Source: a virus (lineage: Duplodnaviria > Caudoviricetes). From it: a stretch of DNA of 31,915 nt. The stretch spans positions 1 to 31,915 of the IMG/VR virus record IMGVR_UViG_3300008255_000321; one strand, given 5' to 3'. Under the pieces are notes generated by a model, which worked only from the letters and a program-made list of their open reading frames with translations, had not been told where the DNA came from and ran no database searches. Below are positions 22,504 to 30,279 of this stretch, piece by piece. How positions within the stretch are numbered: position 1 is the stretch's first letter; every line of letters begins with the position of its first letter. The position numbers and the translations under genes were made by a program.

Positions 22504-25279
22504 TCTCATGGTGGGGGTGCTCCGGTCGGCTCACGCTCAGGCCGTATTCGGCCAGGCGTTCCAGGTCCAGGGCCACCAGGTTGCTGATGCGCCCGCGTTT
22601 AACGACGCGCTCGATCTCTTCGTCAAAAATCACCCCGGCCCGGCGCAGCGATTTTTTTAGCGCCCGATCGCTCTTGATTGGCAGGGTGTCGAACCACTCT
22701 TTAGTGGTCATGCTGCTCTGCAGGTGGGCCATCACATGGCTGGTGCGCAGCAAAATGCAGGGCCTGCTGCCGCCGGCGTTGTCCTTGCGGGTGTAGTCCT
22801 CTTCAAAGCTCACCGGCAGCTTGTAGTTGCCGGCGTCAATCTCTACAAACAGCCGCTCGATGATCCACACCCAGACCTCGCGGCTGGCGGTGGTCGCGGC
22901 AATGTGGCTGTTCATCTCTTTTTTCAGGCTGGCGGCAAACTCAGCCAGCGGAAAGGGCGCCTGCATAAAATCCGCCATCAGCTGCCCGGCGGTGAGCACC
23001 GCGGCATAGTTTTCGCTCATGCGGTTGGCGCCGTCGTCGTCGGCTGCGGCGCGGTTGTCGGCGATACATTCGGCCCGGTTAGCGTCAAAACGCGCCTTCA
23101 CCGTCGCCTTATCCAGCCTGGTAATAAAATCCAACCACGCCCGCACCGGGAACATCGGCAGGTCTTCGGGCATCAGCGGCCCCTTGCGGCGGCTAATATC
23201 CACCTGCACGGTTTTCTGTTGCAGGCTATCCACCGGCACGTCCTCGCCCGCCAGCAGCACCGGGGCGCACTGCAAAAAATCCAGCATCTGCGTGTTGCGG
23301 TAGGTGGGGCTGTACTGGTAGCACTCCTGCAGCAGACTCACGGCCGACGCCATCACTTTTTTGCTGCGGGCGCTCATTTCCTCCCAGCCGACCGGGTGGC
23401 TGGTGTAGCTGACCGAGGTGAGCAGCCTGAACTCCGTCTGCAGGCTCTGGCCGCTGAGCATTTTCAGCGCCATGGTGCGCTCCATGCGCTTGAGCAGCAC
23501 CGTCTTGCCCGACCCCTTTTCGGCCTGCAAAATCATGTGCGGCCAGAACCCCAGCAGCGCCTTTAAATGCGCCCCCAGCGACCAGACCAGCAGCCGCAGG
23601 GCGGCGTAATCCGCAAACGTGCTGGCGTAGGCGTCCACCACCGCGGCGGCGCTGCTCACCGGCCCCCGGGGAAAGGTCAGATTGTGATAAGTGCACTGCT
23701 GCCGGGGGTCACGAAAATAACAGTCACTGCCCTCGCTCACCGTTAACTTGCCTTCCTGCCAGGCCACGCCGACAAAATTAACCGCCTTGCGCGCCCCCAG
23801 GCCGGTGGTGCGCTCCAGCATCGACAACAGCCGTTTGAACGCCATCGGTTTAAACACCGGCCCGAACTCCTCCCAAAAATTCAGACTGTAGAGCTTGCCG
23901 TCGTCCACCACCCGGCGGGTCAGCTCCATCCGGTCGCCGGGCATTCTCGGCATCTGCACCGTGGCCGCATAAAGCACGCTGGGGCTGGTGTCCTCCTCGC
24001 CGGTCATTGCCGCCGTGGTGCCCGCCACCGTAATCCTTGACAGCGCCGCAATACGAAACCCGGCCACGTCTTCATGCACGGTAATTTCATCGCCATCGGG
24101 GCCGGTTTTTACACTGACCAGCCGGGTAAAGTCCGCCTCCACCTTGTATTTCCAGTAAAGGGCATAGTCATGGCTCGGCAGGCGCACCCGGTTGCGCCCG
24201 GTCGGGTGGTCCGCCAGGCTGCCCGGCAGGCCCGATATCGCGTTTTTCTCCAGCTTGCGCAGGGCCGGCCCCAGCGCCTCGACCCCGCCGGCCTGCAAAA
24301 TATCGTTAACGTCGTTCCACCCGTTATCAAACCAGTCGGTCTGATCCACAATCTGCGCCGGTATGCTCAGCGCGGTGAGTAGTTCATACAGCGTCCAGCC
24401 GGTCTCCTGCCCGGCGCAGCGCCCCTTGCGGTCCGGGGCGTCGTAGTCCATGCAGATAATCACCTGCTTACCGGCCAGAAAACCCCAGTCAATCGCCGCC
24501 ACATTCACCCCGCGGCTGGCCACGCTGGCCAGGCCGCCGCGCTGCAGGCTGTCCACCGACAGGGCGTTAATGGGGGACTCCACCACCGCTACCGTGTGGG
24601 CGCGGGTCAGTTTGCCCGGGTCAGCCGTCCACACATAGCCGTGCTTCTCGCCAATGGTCTTGGTTTTTAGCCCGCCATTCAGCGCCGGGTCAAAATACCG
24701 GTAATCCACCGCCGCCACATGGCCGGGGTTGAGCGTGCGCACCACAAAAGCCGCCCCCGGCCCGCCGTGCAGCGGTTCCCCGGCTTCATGTTTGGGATTG
24801 GTCCAGTCGTCGTAGCCTACCGCCCCCCGGGCCACCGCCTGCTCGGCAATCTCCGGCAAGATCTTGCGTTCATCGATCAGCCAGCGCAGCGCCGGGGCCG
24901 TGTTTTTGCGCGCCCGCTGGGCGACAAACTCCGCCAGCGAGGGTTTCTGCTCGGGCTCGTTGCTGCGGGTGTCCCGCACCGGGCGGGGCGGGGTAAAGCC
25001 GTACCAGTCCCGCACCCTGGCCAGCGCGGTCTTAAAATCGCAGCCCTCGCACCACTGCACCAGGGCAAAACAGTCGCCGCGGGCCTCCGGGTTGCCGTCG
25101 TCGGCAAAATCAGTAAAAAACTTGCCGTCCGCCGTAATACTCAGCGACGGCGTTTTGCCCTTGCCAAACGGCCCGTGGTAATTGCCGCTGCCTTCCCGGT
25201 TCAACCCCAGCCGCCCCGCCAGGTCGTGCATGTCGACCTGGGCCTTGATTTGCTGTAAATCCTGTTGCGAGTTAGTCAT
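22490..25279 (-). CDS. Primase-helicase replication protein (degenerate CHC2 Zn-binding domain + Toprim + P-loop)
   Basis: GPF..KTPS...GDCFALV N-terminal domain; Toprim VVESPINALS...CMDYD...WNDVND; Walker A AEKGSGKT; WEE Walker B-like. Confidence 0.9.
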   Translation of the reverse strand: MTNSQQDLQQIKAQVDMHDLAGRLGLNREGSGNYHGPFGKGKTPSLSITADGKFFTDFADDGNPEARGDCFALVQWCEGCDFKTALARVRDWYGFTPPRPVRDTRSNEPEQKPSLAEFVAQRARKNTAPALRWLIDERKILPEIAEQAVARGAVGYDDWTNPKHEAGEPLHGGPGAAFVVRTLNPGHVAAVDYRYFDPALNGGLKTKTIGEKHGYVWTADPGKLTRAHTVAVVESPINALSVDSLQRGGLASVASRGVNVAAIDWGFLAGKQVIICMDYDAPDRKGRCAGQETGWTLYELLTALSIPAQIVDQTDWFDNGWNDVNDILQAGGVEALGPALRKLEKNAISGLPGSLADHPTGRNRVRLPSHDYALYWKYKVEADFTRLVSVKTGPDGDEITVHEDVAGFRIAALSRITVAGTTAAMTGEEDTSPSVLYAATVQMPRMPGDRMELTRRVVDDGKLYSLNFWEEFGPVFKPMAFKRLLSMLERTTGLGARKAVNFVGVAWQEGKLTVSEGSDCYFRDPRQQCTYHNLTFPRGPVSSAAAVVDAYASTFADYAALRLLVWSLGAHLKALLGFWPHMILQAEKGSGKTVLLKRMERTMALKMLSGQSLQTEFRLLTSVSYTSHPVGWEEMSARSKKVMASAVSLLQECYQYSPTYRNTQMLDFLQCAPVLLAGEDVPVDSLQQKTVQVDISRRKGPLMPEDLPMFPVRAWLDFITRLDKATVKARFDANRAECIADNRAAADDDGANRMSENYAAVLTAGQLMADFMQAPFPLAEFAASLKKEMNSHIAATTASREVWVWIIERLFVEIDAGNYKLPVSFEEDYTRKDNAGGSRPCILLRTSHVMAHLQSSMTTKEWFDTLPIKSDRALKKSLRRAGVIFDEEIERVVKRGRISNLVALDLERLAEYGLSVSRPEHPHHENEFY

Positions 25280-25290
25280 TAAATGTCCAG

Positions 25291-25488
25291 CTAGCCGTTA
25301 ACAACGATGTCGCCGTCGGCGCCCAGGTCGACAGAATCGTATTTGCTCCGCAGCACCTTTATCGCCAGGTCCACCTCGTCTTCGGTCGCCGAGAAAGGGA
25401 CGCCAACAACAGCGCTGCCGAATTCGCGCAACTCGTAATTGATCCGGTTCACGTTGATATCAATGTGCGCGTGGTATTGCATGCTCAC
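25291..25488 (-). CDS. Hypothetical protein
   Basis: 65 aa; GGAGG RBS and GTGA overlap with the upstream stop. Confidence 0.55.
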   Translation of the reverse strand: MSMQYHAHIDINVNRINYELREFGSAVVGVPFSATEDEVDLAIKVLRSKYDSVDLGADGDIVVNG

Positions 25489-25754
25489 CTCCCCCCGTGA
25501 CTGTCAGGGCGCTTAACCACAAATCCCTTCCTCTCGGCAGAAGGGATCCAGTGGGTAAATTCGTCTGTATCCATGGCGGTTCCATAAAACCAGTCGGTCC
25601 ATTGGCCTTCGTCGCTCAAAAAATATCCGGGAATCGGGTAATGTCCATAAAAACCATTCCCTGCGCTGGCGGTGTCTTCGTCCCAAAAAAACACAAGCTC
25701 CCCGGTTGTTGGCGGCGGGATTTCAGCGATTAAATTCATCATATTGGGCTCCAT
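25485..25754 (-). CDS. Hypothetical protein (DUF551-like)
   Basis: PPPTTGELVFFW...FTHWIP pattern resembling DUF551-type phage proteins. Confidence 0.5.
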   Translation of the reverse strand: MEPNMMNLIAEIPPPTTGELVFFWDEDTASAGNGFYGHYPIPGYFLSDEGQWTDWFYGTAMDTDEFTHWIPSAERKGFVVKRPDSHGGR

Positions 25755-26190
25755 TGGTTATTCGGGTTGGGCTCACTGGGGCGGCGTTCATGTCTGGCGG
25801 CGCCAGGCGGCGGACCATGCTCAGCCGCGCCCCCCGGTCGGCGTAATCATCAACCAGCGCCTTCACCGCCGGGTGGTCCATCGGCAGCAGAGTTTCCAGC
25901 GGTGCGAATCCTGCCGCCTGCAGGCTCTCTTTTAGTGGTCTGCTGGCGGTCAGGGCGTCGGCCAGCGCCGGATCCAGCTGCCCCAGCAGTCGCCACAGTA
26001 CTCGCTTGGCTTTCGGCTCCAGGCTCTCTAAAACCAAATGACTCCCCGGCCGCACTCGGCGCCAACGAACTCCGGCAATCCCCGTTTCTCCGTGGTCCAC
26101 CGCCACTGGCCATTTCCCGTCGGGGTAGGGGAATTCACTGGCCCTTATGCGGCGCTGACTGGCCCGCACCCTCTTAAATGGGGCATTCAC
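25723..26190 (-). CDS. Hypothetical early protein
   Basis: 155 aa; ATGA overlap with the upstream gene. Confidence 0.55.
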   Translation of the reverse strand: MNAPFKRVRASQRRIRASEFPYPDGKWPVAVDHGETGIAGVRWRRVRPGSHLVLESLEPKAKRVLWRLLGQLDPALADALTASRPLKESLQAAGFAPLETLLPMDHPAVKALVDDYADRGARLSMVRRLAPPDMNAAPVSPTRITNGAQYDEFNR

Positions 26191-26489
26191 AGACCGCGAT
26201 CAGGACCGCGAAACTCTCGCACAGTGGCGGCAAACAAGCGCCACAGCCCGCACAGCCCCAGCACCAGGGGCCAGCACAGCACCAGCCCCCCAGCGACCAG
26301 TGCCGACGGTGCCAGCGGCATCGATTCCAGCACGTCGTCCACCCAGCCCGGCATCCAGTGCTGGGTCATTAGCATGGCCCCCAGGCCCACGCCCCCCCAG
26401 ACGAACCCCGCGACGAAGCAGCTCAGCGCAAACAACCCCAACCCCAGGCCGACAAACAGGGTGACGAGAAAATCCAGTAAAACAGTCAT
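26187..26489 (-). CDS. Hypothetical membrane protein
   Basis: Two or three hydrophobic segments; ATGA overlaps at both ends. Confidence 0.6.
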   Translation of the reverse strand: MTVLLDFLVTLFVGLGLGLFALSCFVAGFVWGGVGLGAMLMTQHWMPGWVDDVLESMPLAPSALVAGGLVLCWPLVLGLCGLWRLFAATVREFRGPDRGL

Positions 26490-27091
26490 CGGTTAGCACT
26501 CTCCATATCGTGGGCAATCTGTTCACGGGTGGGTTTTAAATAGTGGGCGGTGCTGCGCAGGTCGGCGTGGTTCAGGGCGTGTTGCACCACCAGCAGCGGC
26601 TGTTGGGCGGTGCTGGTTTCCAGCAGCCGCACCGCCACCGTATGCCGCCACCAGTGCGGGCTGGCAGTCACCGCCAGCCCCGCCTCGCGGCACCAGTAAG
26701 CCATCCTCAGTTGATAGCTGCGGATGGTTAACCGGGTGCCCCGGCGGCCCAGCACCAGCGGGGCGTCAGGGTCCAGCGGGCCCGCCATGCGCTTATGGAT
26801 CCGCAGCAAACCCCGCAGCGCCCGGTCCAGCCGCTGGGTGACCAGAATCTGCTGGGTTTTATGGCGTTTCTGGGTGGCCGGGCGGGGGCACAGGTGGCGC
26901 TGTGCCAGCGCCTGCTGGGCATCACCCACCGACAGCTGCGCAAATGCGTTAATACGCAGGCCGCTGCTGCGCAGCGCCTCCATCCAGTAATAGTCCCGCT
27001 GTGCCAGGTCATCGCGGTCCCGGCCGACCCTGGCCAGCAGGGTTTTTTCCTCCGCCCGGGTCAGGTAGCGGTTAATCACTGCGCCACTCAC
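26486..27091 (-). CDS. Short tyrosine recombinase, catalytic domain only (FimB/FimE-sized, ~201 aa)
   Basis: Likely GTG start at 27091 overlapping the upstream TGA; RYLTRAEE, RD...SGLRI, QKRHK, HWWRH, LNHADLRSTAHY. Confidence 0.85.
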   Translation of the reverse strand: MSGAVINRYLTRAEEKTLLARVGRDRDDLAQRDYYWMEALRSSGLRINAFAQLSVGDAQQALAQRHLCPRPATQKRHKTQQILVTQRLDRALRGLLRIHKRMAGPLDPDAPLVLGRRGTRLTIRSYQLRMAYWCREAGLAVTASPHWWRHTVAVRLLETSTAQQPLLVVQHALNHADLRSTAHYLKPTREQIAHDMESANR

Positions 27092-27444
27092 CGCTGGCGC
27101 TCCGCCGCCGCTCCCGGCAGCTCGCCAAAAGCGAACTCCATCAGCAGGTCGCCATTCGGGGCCAACGCTCGGCAGGCCAGGCTGATGTCGCACTTCGGCA
27201 GCACCAGCGCATCGCCATAAATCACCGCCCGCGCCGGCAGTTGCGCGGCCTGAAAGTAGATGTTAGCCACCCAGGCAGACTCCCCGTCGCCACCACGGGT
27301 AGGCAACACCGCGATCCCGGGGGCGACCATCATCGGCACCCCCAGAGGCATCCACCTTCGGGCAAACTCGGGTCGCCGGGTCTCCCGCTGGGCCGCGGCA
27401 GAGCGAGGGAATAGAGCAAACACATTATTGTTATTAGCATTCAT
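27088..27444 (-). CDS. Hypothetical early protein
   Basis: 118 aa; AAGGAG RBS; overlaps both neighbours. Confidence 0.6.
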   Translation of the reverse strand: MNANNNNVFALFPRSAAAQRETRRPEFARRWMPLGVPMMVAPGIAVLPTRGGDGESAWVANIYFQAAQLPARAVIYGDALVLPKCDISLACRALAPNGDLLMEFAFGELPGAAAERQR

Positions 27445-27646
27445 TGCCGGTTTCTCCTTCAGTTAGAGCGACACAGTCTCCCGCCGGGTCAAAAATCTCG
27501 TGCCCCAGCATCAGGCCGACCCGCAGGTCGTCAACAAACAGCTCAACCAGCAGATCCGCCGGCAGGCAAACCTCGTCGCCGGGGCGCAAGTTGTCGCGCA
27601 GGGAGGGGGGCAGGGCGGCGGCCTGTTTGCGGCCGCTCACGGGCAA
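27434..27646 (-). CDS. Hypothetical protein
   Basis: 70 aa filling the operon gap; true start may be the GTG at 27640. Confidence 0.5.
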   Translation of the reverse strand: MPVSGRKQAAALPPSLRDNLRPGDEVCLPADLLVELFVDDLRVGLMLGHEIFDPAGDCVALTEGETGNEC

Positions 27647-28152
27647 TCCGCCGGGGCATCGGGGGCCAGGCTGCGCAGCCGGGCCACCACTTCAAACTGC
27701 GCCGCGGTGGCGTCAATCAGTGCCTTTTCCACCCGCCTCAGTTCCGCCCGGGTGACCATGCCATCGTCAATCGCCAGGTTAATCTGCTCCGCCAGCTCAC
27801 CAAACTCGCGGGTAGCGTTCAGACAGGCCGTGAGCAGTTCCATGTCCGACAAATGGCTGGTATCCGGCAGCGTCACCGCCGCGTGGTGGCACTGGTGGGC
27901 GGCGATTCGCAGCGGCGCAAAGTTGCCGCTGTTAATCATCGCCGCCACCCACTCCTCCGGGCTCAAGTGGGCTTCGTTATCCGGGTTAACCTTGTTACTC
28001 AAAGTGCCCGGCGCTATGCCCAGGCGCTCCGCCAGTGGCGCGGCCCCCCGGCGCTGGCCGACAATAAAACCATGCACCAGGTCATGGTTAGCCACCGTCA
28101 GCGGATTGTGCAGGTCAGCAAAAGCACCCATGAGAGACCCCCTTAAATTCAT
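27637..28152 (-). CDS. Phage regulatory protein, CII-like (186/P2-type family)
   Basis: GAAPLAERLGIAPGTLSNKVNPDNEAHLS HTH and EFGELA...AIDDGMVTRAE motif; directly after the Cro-position gene. Confidence 0.8.
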   Translation of the reverse strand: MNLRGSLMGAFADLHNPLTVANHDLVHGFIVGQRRGAAPLAERLGIAPGTLSNKVNPDNEAHLSPEEWVAAMINSGNFAPLRIAAHQCHHAAVTLPDTSHLSDMELLTACLNATREFGELAEQINLAIDDGMVTRAELRRVEKALIDATAAQFEVVARLRSLAPDAPADCP

Positions 28153-28221
28153 TGTTCCCCCGGGGGCTCACCGGTTATGCTTGGCCGGCAGCGCCTACGC
28201 GGGCTGTTTCGTGAAAGTGTC

Positions 28222-28270
28222 CAAAAAACTAAGCGAAGCCCCGGCAGCGGTTGCAGCCGCTAACGGGGCA
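28222..28270 (-). terminator. Hairpin with a delayed U-tract between the Cro-position gene and cII-like gene (tR1-like)
   Basis: Minus strand GCCCCGTTAGCGG-CTGCAA-CCGCTGCCGGGGC then TTCGCTTAGTTTTTT. Confidence 0.45.
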
Positions 28271-28275
28271 CATCT

Positions 28276-28473
28276 CTAATCAGCAGGGGTGGCGGACTCC
28301 TTTTGGGTTTGGTCGTTTGCTAATGATTCCCCCAACCGGCGAACAATCTCACCGTTGCGGGAACGGTTGTTGTTGGCTGCAACCCTGGTCAGTTTCTTTA
28401 ACAGGTCTGCTGGCAAGCGTAGTACCGTGGCTTTATCAGCGGGGGTGGCTGGGTTCTCCTGCGGATACTTCAT
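28276..28473 (-). CDS. Arc-family ribbon-helix-helix protein (Cro position)
   Basis: TVLRLPADLLKKLTRVAANNNRSRNGEIVRRLGESL matches the Arc/Mnt pattern; GAGG RBS before ATG 28473. Confidence 0.85.
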   Translation of the reverse strand: MKYPQENPATPADKATVLRLPADLLKKLTRVAANNNRSRNGEIVRRLGESLANDQTQKESATPAD

Positions 28474-28486
28474 TTTTAACCTCATG

Positions 28487-28576
28487 TGTTATCAAAGTGA
28501 TAACAAGTTACTAAAATGTTACCAGACAATGCAACCGTTTTTTTTTATTATTTTGGCTGTCGTTAAATTAGTAACA
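28487..28576. promoter_or_regulatory. Divergent promoter/operator region
   Basis: AT-rich; perfect palindrome TGTTATCA-AAG-TGATAACA (28487-28505) plus related half-sites AGTTACTA, TGTTACCA and inverted TAGTAACA. Confidence 0.7.
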
Positions 28577-28598
28577 GCAACAAACCGCAGGATCTTGT

Positions 28599-29072
28599 AT
28601 GGCTGAATATAAAAATCCGGTAGGCATTCGCATGCCCGAGGCGCTCCGGGCGCGGGTCAAGCGCGCCGCCCAGCTGACTGGTCGCAGCATGAATGCCGAG
28701 ATTTGTTACCGGCTGGAGGTCAGCTTTAGTGCCGAGAGTCATGAGCCGGCTACGACCGTCGGTGAAATTGCCGGAAACTACCCAAACAACGCTGCCTCGT
28801 CAGACGGCACCCTAGGACTCAACACCCGCCAGCAACAGGCCCTGTCCGTGCTGCTGGCCGAAGAGCGCGCTCGCTCGGCCCCGGCCACCCCCACCAGCGA
28901 TCACTGGATGGCATGCATGGATCTAGTGGTGCGCCGCCTGCAGCAGCGCCAGCAAGAGGTCACCCCCGCGCAGTTAATCGCCCTGGTCGAGCAGGCATGT
29001 GCCCGCCACGAGCAAGACGGCCCGCCCAGCGTTGACCGGGTAGATCAGCTCATCGACCAGTTGGCGGCCTAG
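28599..29072 (+). CDS. Arc-family ribbon-helix-helix protein with C-terminal extension (repressor position)
   Basis: VGIRMPEALRARVKRAAQLTGRSMNAEICYRLEVSF; lone plus-strand gene divergent from the early operon. Confidence 0.85.
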   Translation: MAEYKNPVGIRMPEALRARVKRAAQLTGRSMNAEICYRLEVSFSAESHEPATTVGEIAGNYPNNAASSDGTLGLNTRQQQALSVLLAEERARSAPATPTSDHWMACMDLVVRRLQQRQQEVTPAQLIALVEQACARHEQDGPPSVDRVDQLIDQLAA

Positions 29073-29869
29073 TCCTCTTCCAGCGTCAGCGTCGCCTGGC
29101 CGCGCAGGGTTTTGAGCCGGGAGACCTGAATCCCTTTGCGGCTCTGGACAACCATCGCCCCGTTGCGGGCCCGCTTTGCGTTAGCGTTGCCCGGGTAAAG
29201 GTCGGCCCAGAATCGGCGATTATTGCGGCTGATATCGTCGAGCTGATCCGCCTCGCTGTCGGCCAGGTGGTTCAGGGCCAGTTTAGCGACCCGCCACGGC
29301 ACGGTAGCCACGTTATCGCGATACCCGCCACCGCCGGCTGTGCGCGCGTAGGTGGATCCGTCGGTGTGCTCAATCTGCGCACCCCACTCAAAATTGAACC
29401 CCAGCTCGGTGTACTCCCCCAGCCAGAGCTCGCCTAGTTGCATGTAGCCGTTCGGGTTTGCAGAATCCGTCAGATCGAGCTGAAAGCTGCGCACCGTCGT
29501 CTGCTGGGCAAAATACTTAATGCCAAATCGTCGGTTGGCGGGCCAGTCGTCAAACAGGCCGGCGCTGTGCAGTGTCGCGGCGGAAACGTCCAGCAACAGC
29601 GTTCCGCCCTGGGCGACCGCTGAATAGAGCCGCAACCGCCAGGTAGCCGCGTCGGTCAGGTTGTGGGCCCACAGCAGCAGGCAATCGAGCGTGGTGTTGG
29701 CGGCAAAATCGCCGGTAATGGCCTGTGCGGCGGTGCTGGTGGTGCGGGCAACGTAGGCCCGCCGGGCGTCCAGCAAATTAGCCTGGGGCAGCGTCGTCAC
29801 CATCGCCGGGCTGGCGCCCAGCGAAACGTCGGCAAGTTTGTTGGTCACCATGTACCTCAAATTGGCCAC
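29069..29869 (-). CDS. Tail-tip/baseplate protein (distal-tail-like)
   Basis: LPQANLL, AHNLTDAATWRLR, DSANPNGYMQLGELWLG, YARTAGGG motifs of long-tail tip proteins. Confidence 0.65.
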   Translation of the reverse strand: MANLRYMVTNKLADVSLGASPAMVTTLPQANLLDARRAYVARTTSTAAQAITGDFAANTTLDCLLLWAHNLTDAATWRLRLYSAVAQGGTLLLDVSAATLHSAGLFDDWPANRRFGIKYFAQQTTVRSFQLDLTDSANPNGYMQLGELWLGEYTELGFNFEWGAQIEHTDGSTYARTAGGGGYRDNVATVPWRVAKLALNHLADSEADQLDDISRNNRRFWADLYPGNANAKRARNGAMVVQSRKGIQVSRLKTLRGQATLTLEED

Positions 29870-30279
29870 AATTTACCTCCGGCGGCGGTGTTGATTGCGT
29901 CAGCGGATTTTGCCGCTTTGATGGCGGTCTCCGTGTTGTTTGCGGGCTGCATATCTGCCAGCGCGGCGGCCAGTGCGGCGGTGTCGCCTCCGGTCAGTGG
30001 TTGACCCAGGGCATTTTTAATTAGCGCCGTAGCGACGGGCGCAGACAGCGTGACCGGCGGGCAGCGCTCCAGGGCTAATTGCCGCAAAATATCTAAATCG
30101 CTACGGGGCTGCGTAATGGTTTGCTCGGTGAATTGCCAACTGCCGTCCGCCAGCCGCGCAGCCGGAGCAGTCTCGCCCGCGCGGCGCATATCCCAATACT
30201 GCAAATCTGTAACCGTTGTATTAGTAGGCAACAGTCCACACATCCAAGTAATTGGTGGCACCGGCACTCTTGCCAACAA
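29857..30279 (-). CDS. Hypothetical tail-region protein (start uncertain, possibly ATG 30189)
   Basis: Fills the gap between two tail-tip genes; overlaps the downstream start. Confidence 0.5.
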   Translation of the reverse strand: MLARVPVPPITWMCGLLPTNTTVTDLQYWDMRRAGETAPAARLADGSWQFTEQTITQPRSDLDILRQLALERCPPVTLSAPVATALIKNALGQPLTGGDTAALAAALADMQPANNTETAIKAAKSADAINTAAGGKLWPI

